From Leidyana gryllorum EB-2025a (lineage: Eukaryota; Protista; Apicomplexa), in the NCBI GenBank assembly GCA_048772705.1, contig JBLWGC010000217.1, positions 26,455 to 90,454 on the forward strand: a stretch of 64,000 bases of DNA, read 5' to 3'. The notes beneath the pieces were generated by a model, which was given only the letters and a program-made list of their open reading frames with translations, was not told the DNA's origin and made no database searches. Of this stretch, positions 11,106 through 22,348 are shown in pieces. The translations under genes and the position numbers were made by a program. Within the stretch, counting starts at the first letter, position 1, and each line of letters opens with the position of its first letter.

Positions 11106-11571
11106 CAGTCTGCAACATGGAAGAGGGAACCGAAATGCGATTCTTGAGATGTTAATGGCTTTGAGTGCCGAAGTGGGCCAACGAGGTGGCTGTGTTGGCT
11201 GTGAGGGCAACTTGTCCCGTCGGGTCAACCGACAACCAACGGGCTGTTCTGGGAATCGAACCCAGGACTCCTTCCACCCAAGGAAGGATCATACCACTAG
11301 ACCAAACAGCCGACTGGTCGGTCGTGCAACCCGCTGAGGACATTTGACCTGGTGGTCATACTATGTTGAGAACCAACAAATGCGATGGGTCTGCACAACA
11401 AAATAGAAGGACTTTTGGGGTTTCAGGCCGGTTTGTTCGGAGCGTCCGAGATAGTATAGTGGTTAGTATTTCCGCCTGTCACGCGGAAGACCCGGGTTCG
11501 ATTTCCGGTCTCGAAGCACACTTGATTTCGCTTAAGGTTCTCCCCTTTGGTTCCCGCTGAAAGTTGCGAGC

Positions 11572-11644
11572 TACAGCCACCGAGGATCGAACTCGGGACC
11601 TTCTGCGTGTGAAGCAGACGTCGTGACCACTAGACCATGGCTGC
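11572..11644 (-). tRNA. trnV: tRNA-Val(CAC)
   Basis: TCTGC-TT CAC AC-GCAGA. Confidence 0.9.
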
Positions 11645-12300
11645 AGAGAAGGTCCCGCAGACCAAGAGAAGTGGCGAGGTTTTACGAAGTACTGAGTACT
11701 AGTTTTGAGGTCGCGCCGGGAATCGAACGCAGGTCGGGAGATTCAGAGTCTCCAGTGCTAACCACTACACCACGCAACCCATTCAGTCCTTCCCAAAAAA
11801 GAGTTGATAGAGCCATCCGGACTAGCGCTCCCTCAACTAGATCATCAGGATACGTGTTTCCAGAGACACACGCCTTTTTTCCCAGTCCGCAGGCTCCGTG
11901 CAGCCATGGTCTAGTGGTCACGACGTCTGCTTCACACGCAGAAGGTCCCGAGTCCGATCCTCGGTGGCTGTAGCTCGCAACTTTCAGCGATATCCGAAAG
12001 AAACAATCCTAAGCGCAACCAACTGTGCTCCGAGACCGGGAATCGATCTTGGTTTTCCGCGTGATAGATCCTCTGGATACGCTGGCCCCCAACCCCAGAA
12101 GTTCTTCCATTTTGAGATTCCACGGATAGAAAACGCGTGGAGCGGCGAGCCAACAACATTTCGGCAAGATGGCCGAGTGGTCCAAGGCGCTGTGTTCAGG
12201 CCGCAGTCCGAAAGGGCGTGGGTTCGAATCCCACTCTAGTCAGCCGTTGTATCGGCTCGGTCAGCCACTGGATGCAATAGGTCTTCCATGTAGAGCGGAT

Positions 12301-12373
12301 GGGCGGCTAGCTCAGATGGTAGAGCGCTCGCTTTGCATGCGAGAGGTACTGGGATCGATACCCAGGTCGTCCA
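12301..12373 (+). tRNA. trnA: tRNA-Ala(TGC)
   Basis: G3:U70, TT TGC AT loop. Confidence 0.9.
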
Positions 12374-12953
12374 AACTTTGTAGTGCTGCAACTGGCGCTA
12401 TTTGACTACAGAGCTGAGAGCTTTAAGGGTGCCCTGTAGCCCTTGAATAGACTTGGGCACCGCACTTCAACTCGACATGCGCAGCAGTGGCCCCCATACA
12501 GCTAGCAAGCTTGCCTCGGTCGAAACGGAACGTCTTCCGGGTGCGAGGCTATGATGCGGATGGCCATATCCATTAGACCACCGCACCATAGACAAGCTTT
12601 GGTCATCTCGGGAGCTTGTCCACTGTAGTCTAAGTGGCTAGGATATGCCGCTTTCACCCGCACGATCCGGGTTCAAGTCCCGGCAGTGGAAGTTACTCGA
12701 GCAAAGTGCTCCAGTATTCCCCGTCAATAGTAACTGATTCGTGATCTTCGGCTTGTATTGCCTTCTTAGCTTAGGGGCAGAGCATTCGCTTAGTAAGCGA
12801 AAGGTCGCCGGTTCGATTCCGGCAGAAGGCTTGCTCACGAGCTTAAGCTTTTCTGGCTGGTCTCTCAGATCTCGATAACGACCTGAGAGGGCTGCAAAAT
12901 TCTTCGGTAGAAGATGAAGGATCTCCCTACTAACCTCTGAAAGATTGTCACTG

Positions 12954-13026
12954 GGTCTTGTAGCTCAGTCGGCAGAGCGTGTGGCTGTTAACCACAAAGT
13001 CGCAGGTTCGAAACCTGCCAGGACCG
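12954..13026 (+). tRNA. trnN: tRNA-Asn(GTT)
   Basis: GGTCTTG/CAGGACC-G, TGTGG-CT GTT AA-CCACA. Confidence 0.92.
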
Positions 13027-13289
13027 GGTGCTGCGGCACCGTACTCTCTAGACGGCACTTGTGCTCTTGGACCCTTCCAAGGTCGTAAATATGTATTTAA
13101 ATACCGGCAGTTGCAGACTACGAAGTTTGGACGACCTGGGCATCGATCCCAGTACCTCTCGCATGCTAAGCGAGCGCTCTACCATTTGAGCCAGTAGCCC
13201 ATTGTGGAGACCCCATTGCATTTTTTTGTTCTCAACATCGTATGACCACTCTCTCGACTGTACCCAGCGGGTTGAACCACCGGCTAGGC

Positions 13290-13361
13290 GGCTGTTTGGT
13301 CTAGTGGTATGATCCTTCCTTAGGGTGGAAGGAGTCCTGGGTTCGATTCCCAGAACAGCCC
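13290..13361 (+). tRNA. trnP: tRNA-Pro(AGG)
   Basis: CTTCC-TT AGG GT-GGAAG. Confidence 0.9.
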
Positions 13362-13457
13362 GTCTGATAGTTGTTGACGCAACAGGGCACTCGACCCATA
13401 CAGCTAAGACAGGATCTGAGTTGTTGACTCAACAGGCTGCAACCCGGCCATTCGTCC

Positions 13458-13530
13458 AGACGCTACTGGGACTCGAACCCAGAATCCCCGGTTCCGTAGA
13501 CCGATGCCATATCCATTAGGCCATAGCGCC
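13458..13530 (-). tRNA. trnR: tRNA-Arg(ACG)
   Basis: TCGGT-CT ACG GA-ACCGG. Confidence 0.85.
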
Positions 13531-13800
13531 GACTAGCGGAGCCGTCAAATGGGAGTGTGTAGCGATCAAGACAGGACATGGGCAGCTACGCCCGATGGTG
13601 GGTGTGGGCAGACTTCACCCACATCTCCCATTCGAGACATCGGGGACATACTATCCAAGCCAGGATTCGGGCCTGGGTATGCACGGCCACAACTTGCTGT
13701 TGTAAGCACCTAGACGACCCGGACAATCTTCAAGTGAGGCTGGTGGGTACCAAAGCCACTTAAGATGTCGGGCTATCGGGTTTTTTGTCCTTGCATTCCT

Positions 13801-13873
13801 GCCGCCCTAGCTCAGTCGGTAGAGCGCAAGACTTTTAATCTTGCAGTCGCGGGTTCGAGCCCCGCGGGCGGTG
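13801..13873 (+). tRNA. trnK: tRNA-Lys(TTT)
   Basis: CAAGA-CT TTT AA-TCTTG, G73. Confidence 0.9.
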
Positions 13874-15244
13874 CAAATCAATGTCTCTGGGAGTAGGAAT
13901 GGAACCGTTGCCTACAAGCACACTCTGCTGGATTTCCACTGCCGGGACTTGAACCCGGATCGTGCGGGTGAGAGCCGCATATCCGAGCCATTTAGACTAC
14001 AGTGGACAACTTCCTCAGCTGCAGCTTTGGACGAAAGCCGTGCCATCTTGAGATGAGATGGAGCGTCGGGTCAACCGACAAGCAACGGGGCTGTTCTGGG
14101 AATCGAACCCAGGACTTCTTCCACCCGAAGGAAGAATCATACCACTAGACCAAACAGCCGCCTGTCGGTCGTGCAACCTGCTGAGTACAGTTGAGATAGT
14201 GGTCATACTATGTCGAGAACCAACAAATGCGATGGGGTCTGCTCAACAAAATGGAAAGACTTTTGGAGTTGGAGGCCGGCGTATTTAGAGCGGCCGAGAT
14301 AGTCTAGTGGTTAGTATTTCCGCCTATCACGCGCAACACCAGGTTCGATTCCCGGTCTCGGAGCACACCTGGTTGCGGCGCGACCTCAAAACTAGTCTTC
14401 ACTTCGTGAAACCTCGCCACTTCTCTTGGTCTGCGGGACCTTCGCTGCCGCCATGGTCTAGTGGTCACGACGTCTGCTTAACACGCAGAAGGTCCCGAGT
14501 TCGATCCTCGGTGGCTGTAAACTCGCGTTTGTCAGGTGAGCACCACGAAATCTAAAGCGGAAGAACGAAGTGTCTCCGAGACCGGGAATCGAACCCGGGT
14601 CTTCCGAGTGATAGGCGGAAATACTAAGCACTATACTATGTCCGACGCGGGCAGAAGGCTCGCACGGGCGCGAGGGATGACACCAAATGTCACAAACTCG
14701 CTGCCTCGGCCGTGGAGCGAACACGGGACTTCCAGATCTTCAGTCTGGCGCTCTCCCAACTGAGCTACCGAGGCACTAGGTAGTCATGGAAGGCGGTGAA
14801 AATAAGCACTTACCGCGGCCGGCCACTCCTCGCCTCACGCCGGAATCGACAGTTGCCAACTTGCCCGAGTGGGGAAGGGGGGTAGATTTGAATTCTACTG
14901 GGCCTGGACAGATCCAGCAGTTGTCGTGCGATGTGGTTGGAGGGTTAAACACCAACTCACGCTTGAATTTCTGAATGGTGGAAAAGCAACCATGTGTCAT
15001 CTGCATCGGCCGGGATTCGAACCCGGGTCGTCTCAATGGCAACGAGACATTCTACCACTAGACCACAGATGCGTGACACCTTGTTGTTGAAGCTCGTACA
15101 CGGTAACGGCCGTTTTCTGAACAAATGGAATGTCCGTGGCGTGTTCGGAGCGTCCGAGATAGCATAGTGGTTACTATTTTCGCATGTCACGCCTAAGAAG
15201 CGGGCCGATTGCCGGTAAATGAGTCTGGAACGGGGGATGGTTTT

Positions 15245-15316
15245 GGGCCTATGGCGCAACGGTAGCGCGTCTGACTACAGATCAGAAGGTTGGGTGTTCG
15301 AATCACTCTGGGCTCA
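15245..15316 (+). tRNA. Trp-body tRNA with ACA anticodon (C34A)
   Basis: TCTGA-CT ACA GA-TCAGA (15277-15279); rest matches Trp(CCA) consensus. Confidence 0.8.
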
Positions 15317-15526
15317 ACCGGACTCTATGTTTTTCCCGTTTGGGGCGCAACCTGACAAAAGTGGGATTCGGACCCACGACCTTTCGGACTCCGGTCTGAG
15401 CACAGCGCCTCAGACCACTCGGTCATCTTGCCGGGATGTTGTTGGCTCGCCGCTCCACGCGTTTTCTATCCCTGGAATCTCAAGTTGGAAGGACTTTTGG
15501 GGTTTCAGGCCGGTGTGTTCGGAGCG

Positions 15527-15598
15527 TCCGAGATAGTATAGTGGTTAGTATTTCCGCCTGTCACGCGGAAGACCCGGGTTCGATTCCCGGTCTCGGAG
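15527..15598 (+). tRNA. trnD: tRNA-Asp(GTC)
   Basis: intact consensus copy. Confidence 0.92.
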
Positions 15599-15653
15599 CA
15601 CAGTTGATCTCGCTTAAGATTGTCTTTTTTGGTGCCCGCTGAAAGTTGCGAGC

Positions 15654-15726
15654 TACAGCCACCGAGGATCGAACTCGGGACCTTCTGCGTGTTAAGCAGA
15701 CGTCGTAACCACTAGACCATGGCTGC
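15654..15726 (-). tRNA. trnV: tRNA-Val(AAC)
   Basis: TCTGC-TT AAC AC-GCAGA. Confidence 0.9.
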
Positions 15727-16208
15727 ATGGATGGTCCCCGCAGCCCAAGAGAAGTGGCGAAGCTTCAGGGAGTAGTGAGGACCAGTTCAAGGGTCGCGCC
15801 GGGATCGAACCCAGGTCGGAAAATCCAAAGTGTCGAGTGCTAACCACCAAGGACGCAACCGGTTCAGCCCATCCCAGAAGAGTCGGACTAGCGCTTCCTC
15901 AACTGGACACATGCAACACGGGTCTTGTATACAGACCCCAGCGTAAAGCGTTGGATTCGAGTCGGCCAAAATCCTCAGTTCAATCATTGAAGCAGATGCG
16001 CTCTCCCCGAATGCTACCGACAAGGGTGAGATTCGAACTCACGCGGGTAGAACCCAACGGCTTAGCAGGCCGCCGCCTTAACCACTCGGCCACCTTGCCG
16101 ACGACATGTCTTACTCGCTGGCACTTTTTCACCACGGTTTGGGGTCCTGGTCAAGCTTGCCGAACCGTATGTGACATCACTGGCCGCAAAATGCCAAGTT
16201 CGACAGGT

Positions 16209-16290
16209 GGCAACTTGCCCGAGTGGTTAAGGGGGTAGACTCGAAATCTACTGGGCCTGGCCCGCGCTGGTTCAAATCCAGCAGTTGTCG
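16209..16290 (+). tRNA. trnS: tRNA-Ser(CGA)
   Basis: GTAGA-CT CGA AA-TCTAC; same body as Ser(AGA). Confidence 0.9.
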
Positions 16291-16354
16291 TGCGATGTGG
16301 TGGAAATGATGCAATTCCCAGCATCAAAAACTCATATGGGTCGAGACAGGGAAT

Positions 16355-16426
16355 GCCTCCTTAGCTTAGGGGCAGAGCATTCGCTTTGTAAGCGAAAGGT
16401 CGCTGGTTCGATTCCGGCAGGAGGCT
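16355..16426 (+). tRNA. trnT: tRNA-Thr(TGT)
   Basis: GCCTCCT/AGGAGGC-T, TT TGT AA loop. Confidence 0.9.
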
Positions 16427-16963
16427 TCAGTCATTAGCCTAAACATGGTTGCGATCATCCGCCCGCATTTTCGGACGGCGGCTTGCACACAGCACTCGGC
16501 CATCTTGCCGAAGTGTTACCCGTTTCCTGTCCGTGAAATCTCAAAATGCGAGGAGTTCTGGGGTTGGAGGCCGGCGTGTTTACTAGCGTCCGAGATAGTA
16601 TAGTGGTCAGTATTTCCGCCTGTCACGCGGAAGACCCGGGTTCGATTCCCGGTCTCGGAGCAGTTCCAGCCCTCACAACTGGTGCAACTCCGATTTTGTC
16701 TCAGCTGGTCTGGACTTCATTCGGGATTGTACGAGTGGGAGCCGCGTATAGTAGCCGACCTTGGAGAGACGTGGCATTGAACCCAGGACTTCTTCCAGCC
16801 GCAGAAAGAATCATATAACTAGACCAAACAGCCCCCTATGGGTGCCTCAGGTACTGGCAGGTTCCAAACCTGCGACTTCGTGGCTGAGAGACTTACCTCT
16901 GATGGCTGAGCTACGATTATTGGAGTTTGCGAGCAGCTTGCCGGTGCCCAGTCGATGCAGTCG

Positions 16964-17043
16964 AGCCTTCAGCCGGATTCGAACCCACGCCCTTTCGGAC
17001 TGCGGCTTGAACACAGCGCCTTAGACCACTCGGCCATCTTGCC
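16964..17043 (-). pseudogene. Chimeric Leu(5')/Thr(3') tRNA; second copy 62468-62547
   Basis: Leu body through GTGGGTTCGAATCC, then Thr 3' end GGCTGAAGGCT and Thr downstream flank. Confidence 0.8.
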
Positions 17044-18057
17044 GGAGCGTTCTTGGCTCGCCACTTTACACGTTTTCTGTCCGTGAAGTCTCGAGGAGGG
17101 AGAACTTTTGGGGTTGAAGGCCGGTGTGTTTGTGAGCCACCGAGATAGTATGGTGGTTAGTATTTCCGCCTCTCACGCGGAAGACCCGGGTTCGATTCCC
17201 GGTCTCGGAGATAGATCGTCTTCCGCTCAAGATTCCGTGATGCTTGCCTGAACGATGTGTGTTACAGCCACCGAGGATTGAACTCCGGACCTTCTGCGTT
17301 TTAAGCAGACGTCGTGACCACTAGATGGCTGCACGGAGCTTCCGGACTGCCGAAGGGGCGTGTGTCTCCGGAAACGCGTATCCGATGAGCCTGGTTCATA
17401 TGTACCGGCCTAAGTTGGACAGCCTGGAGTAGTTAAGACCCTTCGTTCTGTATTCAGGAATGGAGGTGTCACGCATTTGTGGTTTAGTGGTAGACTGTGT
17501 CGTTGCCGCCTAGACGACCCAGGTTCGATTCCCACAGATGTAGAGAAGATGGCAGAGGGTTGATTCAGGCACCATTCTGGGGTTTCAGACTTGAGTTGTT
17601 GTCTGCCCCTCCAATCACATCATACGACAGCTGCTGGATTCGAACCAGCGCGGGCCAGACCCAGAAGATTTCAAGTCTACCCCCTTAACCACTCGGGCAC
17701 GTTGCCAACGGTCGAATTCGGCATGCCGCGAGGAGTGACCAAATGCCCCCATGTTCAGCCTGTCCTGCGGCATTGATAGGTGTCTAAACTGACCTCTCGC
17801 CTGCCAAGTCACCGCTCTACCACTTGAGATAGCCGCCCACCCGCCAAACCTGGGTGAACTTCCAATCTGAGACCGACTCACAGTTCTCTGGCGCCTCATT
17901 CGTCAGTGCAACTGTTGTGACTCGTCCACTGTAGTCTAAGTGGCTAGGATATGCGGCTCTCACCCGCACGATCCGGGTTCACGTCCCGGCAGTGGAAATC
18001 CAGCTGAGTGTGCTTGTAGGCAACAGTTCCATTCCTACTCCCAGGGAAACAGATGCA

Positions 18058-18130
18058 CACCGCCCGCGGGGCTCGAACCCGCGACTGCAAGATTAAGAGT
18101 CTTGCGCTCTACCGACTGAGCTAGGGCGGC
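18058..18130 (-). tRNA. trnK: tRNA-Lys(CTT)
   Basis: CAAGA-CT CTT AA-TCTTG. Confidence 0.9.
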
Positions 18131-18593
18131 AAGGAAGCTTTAAACTTAGTTACACCCTATTTGCCGTTGGGTGGACAGTGGAAGTCAGTTCATGTCTCCG
18201 TGTGTATATCCCGTCGCATGCACCCAAATATTTGCCGGGATGTTGTTGGCTCGCTGCTCCACGCGTTTTCTATCCCTGGAATCTCAAGATGGAAGGACTT
18301 TTGGGGTTTCAGGCTGGAGTGTTCGGAGCGTCCGAGATAGTATAGTGGTTAGTATTTCCGCCTGTCACGCGGAAGACCCGGGTTCGATTCCCGGTCTCGG
18401 AGCACAGTTGATCTCGCTTAAGATTGTCTTTTTTGGTGCCCGCTGAAAGTTGCGAGCTACAGCCACCGAGGATCGAACTCAGGACCTTCTGCGTGTGAAG
18501 CAGACGTCGTAACCATTAGACCTTGGCTGGTGGATGGTCCCCGCAGCCCAAGAGAAGTGGCGAAGCCTCAGGGAGTAGTGAGGACCAGTTCCA

Positions 18594-18665
18594 AGGTCGC
18601 GCCGGGAATCGAACCCAGGTCGGGAGATTCAGAGTCTCCAGTGCTAACCACTACACCACGCAACC
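18594..18665 (-). tRNA. trnQ: tRNA-Gln(CTG)
   Basis: GGAGA-CT CTG AA-TCTCC. Confidence 0.9.
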
Positions 18666-18867
18666 GGTTCAGGCCACCCAAAAGAGTCGGTAGAATCATC
18701 CGGACTAGCGCTTCCTCAACTGGACACACGCAACACGGGTCTCTTTACTGACCTCTGGGAATATTTTAGGTGGCTCGTGTATATAGCGCCCAGCGTAGAG
18801 CGTTGGATTTGTCGGACAGAATGCTCACTTCAATCATTGAAGCAATTGCGCTCTTCGCGAATGCTAC

Positions 18868-18949
18868 CGTCAAGGGTGAGTTTCGAACTCACGCGGGTAA
18901 CACCCAACGGCTTAACAGGCCGCCGCCTTAACCACTCGGCCACCTTGCC
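18868..18949 (-). pseudogene. Ser(GCT)-body tRNA with GTT (Asn) anticodon
   Basis: GCGGC-CT GTT AA-GCCGT (18914-18916); long V arm kept; G2:A71 mismatch. Confidence 0.75.
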
Positions 18950-19505
18950 AAGAGTTTAATTGATCACACCTTTCGTCGGGAACCCCGTGCAAACTGTTAG
19001 TGATGTGGGTATAGCCCCTTCTAAATGTCGGTATTTGGCTCTGGAATGACTGTTTGGCGGGGTGGAGGAAGGCCAATCGTGGTGCTTTTTGCGGAGCACA
19101 TCAGTCGGCTAGTTGGTCCAGTGAGTGTTTACCTCAACTCTGCCTATTTTCGGTCACTTGAAGGGTGAGCCTGATAAGTTCAAGTTCGCGGTCAAGCGCC
19201 GGCCCAACTGGGCGGGTGTGTTGTTGATGGAGCATCTCCCTGCACCCTTTTGAAAAGGAGGAGATGCATCGAGAGAAGTTTCACGAGGGAGTGTAGCGCA
19301 GTCGGTAGCGCCCAGGTCTCATAATCCTCAAGTCGACGGTTTAAACCTCCCCACTCCCACGGTCGGCATCGGAAGCGCCGACTAACTCGTATGGGGCGCC
19401 ACCTGAGAAGAATGGACTCCAGCTGTCTGCTAGTGTCTGAGATGTTTGAGTCCAGCTGAGGGGGAATCCAGCATCCGGGTCGGTGCCATCTGTCGTGGCA
19501 GAAGT

Positions 19506-19579
19506 GGTCGCGTAGCTCAGTCGGTTAGAGCGTGAGCCTAATAAGCTCAAGGTCCCCGGTTCGAGCCCGGGCGTGACCA
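19506..19579 (+). tRNA. trnI: tRNA-Ile(AAT)
   Basis: intact consensus copy. Confidence 0.9.
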
Positions 19580-20228
19580 AGTGAGTGGATCTTCGATAAA
19601 GAGTCGCCCTGCACTCGAGCAACCCCCAACATTCTCCGACCAATACGAAAGGTACATGTTATAAAGTCCTCACTTCCCTGCCGCGCCAGCTCCGTCGGTA
19701 GAGCGCAAGACTTTCAATGGAGAGACCGCGGGTTCGGGCAGCGCCAGCAGTCCGAGTCAAGCTTGCTGAACCGTATGTGAAGCCACTGGCCGCTAAATGC
19801 CGAGTTCGACAGGTGGCAACTTGCCCGAGTGTTCAAGGGGGTAGACTAGAAATCTACTGGGTCTGGCCAACGAGGTGGCTGTGTTGGTTCTGGGGGCAAC
19901 TTGTCCCGTCGGATCCACTGACGACCAATAGGGCTGTTCTGGGAATCGAACCCAGGACTTCTTCCACCCGAAGGAAGAATCATACCACTAGACCAAACAG
20001 CCGCCTAGCCGGTGGTTCAACCAGCTGGGCAAAGTCGAGAGACTCGTCTCACTACGTGAAGTATCACTCAATGCCATGAGGTAGGCTAACCCAGATGATG
20101 AAACGGTGGCCTACTATACGAAAGGTACTGGGATCGATTCCCAGCCCATCCGAGTTACATCGATGGAATGTTCGCCGGAGTAGTCTACTTGGCCTATCAA
20201 CGCTGTCTGTTGAAACCACATCGCTACT

Positions 20229-20308
20229 TCCGGTGGGACGGAATCGAACCGCCGACTATCTGATGCCAGCACTACAGTCAGATGCTCTACCAACTGAGCT
20301 ACCCCCGG
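20229..20308 (-). tRNA. trnY: tRNA-Tyr(GTA) with 7-nt intron
   Basis: matches the 2295-2374 copy. Confidence 0.85.
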
Positions 20309-21220
20309 CCGTCCAACTGCTCCGGGGTTCGAAAGGCTCAACCCCAGATCCTCGCCCTCTCGCACTGCGGTCTGAGCACAGCCCCTTAGACAAATCGGCC
20401 ATCTTGCGGGATGTTGTTGGCTCGCCGCTCCACGCGTTTTCTGTGCTTGGAATCTCATAATGGAAGAACTTTTGGGGTTGGAGGCCGGCGTGTTCAGAGC
20501 ATTTGAGATAGTATAGTGGTTAGTATTTCCGCCTGTCACTCGGAAGACCCGGGTTCGATTCCCGGTCTCAGAGCAGTTCCAGCCCTCACAACTGGTGCAA
20601 CTCAGATTTTGTCTCAGCTGGTCTGGACTTCATTCGGGATTGTACGAGTGGGAGCCGCGTATAGTTGCCGACCTTGGAGAGACGTGGCATTGAGTCAACA
20701 ACTATCAGACGGGCTGTTCTGGGAACCGAACCCAGGACTTCTTCCACCCGAAGGAAGAATCATACCACTAGACCAAACAGCCGCCTGTCGGTCGTGCAAC
20801 GCGGTGAGCACAGTCGCGAGAGTGGTCATAATATTTGAGAACCAACACATGCGATGGGGTCTGCGCAACGGGCTACTAGCTCAAATGGTAGAGCGCTCGC
20901 TTAGCATGCGAGAGGTACTGGGATCGATGCCCAGGTCGTCCAAACTTCGTACGGCTGCACCTGCCGCTATTTATTTCCCGAGCTGAGATAATTGTGCCCT
21001 GTAACGATTGGACAGACCTGGGCATCGCAGTATGTGTGAAGGTTGCCTCAGAGCCCGGATTTCCGAGTTTGTATGTTACAATGACACACTCTGCCGACTA
21101 AGATACAAGAGTCAGTTACATTATTTCAAAGGTCAGTAGAGAGATGTGTGTTGCATGTGCCCAGTTGAGGAGGGCTAGTCCGGATGGCTCTATCAACTCT
21201 TTTTTGGGAAGGACTGAATC

Positions 21221-21292
21221 GGTTACTTGGTGTAGTGGTTAGCACTGGAGACTCTAAATCTCGCGACCTAGCTTCGATTCCCGGCGCGACCT
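21221..21292 (+). pseudogene. Gln-body tRNA with CTA (amber) anticodon, degenerate stems
   Basis: GGAGA-CT CTA AA-TCTCG (21254-21256); mismatches in acceptor, anticodon and T stems. Confidence 0.8.
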
Positions 21293-21356
21293 GGAAACTG
21301 GTCTCCACTTATTCCGTGAAACCTCGCCACTTCTCTTGGTCTGCGGGACCTTCGCT

Positions 21357-21429
21357 GCAGCCATGGTCTAGTGGTCACGACGTCTGCTTAACACGCAGAA
21401 GGTCCCGAGTTCGATCCTCGGTGGCTGTA
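21357..21429 (+). tRNA. trnV: tRNA-Val(AAC)
   Basis: intact cloverleaf. Confidence 0.9.
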
Positions 21430-21597
21430 ACTCGCGTTTGTCAGGTGAGCACCACGAAATCTAAAGCGGAAGAACGAAGTGTCTCCGAGACCGGGAATCG
21501 AACCCGGGTCTTTCCACTAGACCACAAATGCAGAACACGATTTGGTGAATCTTGTACGTGGTGACAGCCATTCCTCATAAGCATATCGATGCATCAA

Positions 21598-21669
21598 AGC
21601 CTTCTGCCGGAATCGAACCGGCGACTTCTCGCTTACGAAGCGAACGCTCTGCCCCTAAGCTAAGAAGGC
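21598..21669 (-). tRNA. trnT: tRNA-Thr(CGT)
   Basis: TT CGT AA loop, intact stems. Confidence 0.9.
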
Positions 21670-21801
21670 AACTTAGCTGGAGAATCATGTGGCAGTTGTA
21701 TCGACAAAAGTTAGCCGGGTGCCACGTGCACGGCGGGCTGTCCCGCGCGCATCGTGGGGGCATGCTGGGATGAAGTCGCAGGTTGTCCTGACTACAACGC
21801 C

Positions 21802-21881
21802 TGACAAGAGTGGGATTCGAACCCACGCCCTTTCGGACTGCGGCCTGAACACAGCGCCTTGGACCACTCGGCCATCTTGCC
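21802..21881 (-). tRNA. trnL: tRNA-Leu(CAG)
   Basis: intact cloverleaf with V arm. Confidence 0.9.
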
Positions 21882-22277
21882 GAAATGTTGTTGGCTCGCC
21901 GCCCCACGCGTTTTCTATCCGTGGAATCTCAAAATGGAAGAACTTCTGGGGTTGGAGGCCGGCGTATCCAGAGCGTCCGAGATAGTATAGCTATCACGCG
22001 GAAGATCAGGGTCGATTCCCGGTCTCGGAGCACAGTTCGTTTTTCCGCTTCAGATTTCGTGGTGCTCAGATAAAGTTGCGAGCTACAGCCACCGAGGATC
22101 GAACTCGGGACCTTCTGCGTGTGAAGCAGACGTCGTAACCACTAGACCATGGCTGCACGGCAGCTTTCGGACTGTGAAAGGGGCGTGTGTCTCTGGAAAC
22201 AGGTATCTGATGGGGGGCGAAAACCACGGAATGCTATGAGGTCTGCACAGCGGGCGACTAGCTCAACGAGATATTAT

Positions 22278-22348
22278 GCATCTGTGGTCTAGTGGTAGAA
22301 TGTCTCGTTGCCATCGAGACGACCCGGGTTCGATTCCCGGCAGATGCA
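22278..22348 (+). tRNA. trnG: tRNA-Gly(GCC)
   Basis: intact consensus copy. Confidence 0.9.

Larger units (their letters stand above)
13797..16660. repeat. About 2.9-kb block duplicated in inverted orientation at about 54142-57005
   Basis: Mirror coordinates sum to about 70802 (e.g. identical ORFs 15219-15536+ and 55266-55583-). Confidence 0.9.

Noticed and set aside
21221-21292. Evidence for a non-standard genetic code
   Set aside because: The CTA and TCA copies are single and damaged, and there is no coding sequence here to test the code.
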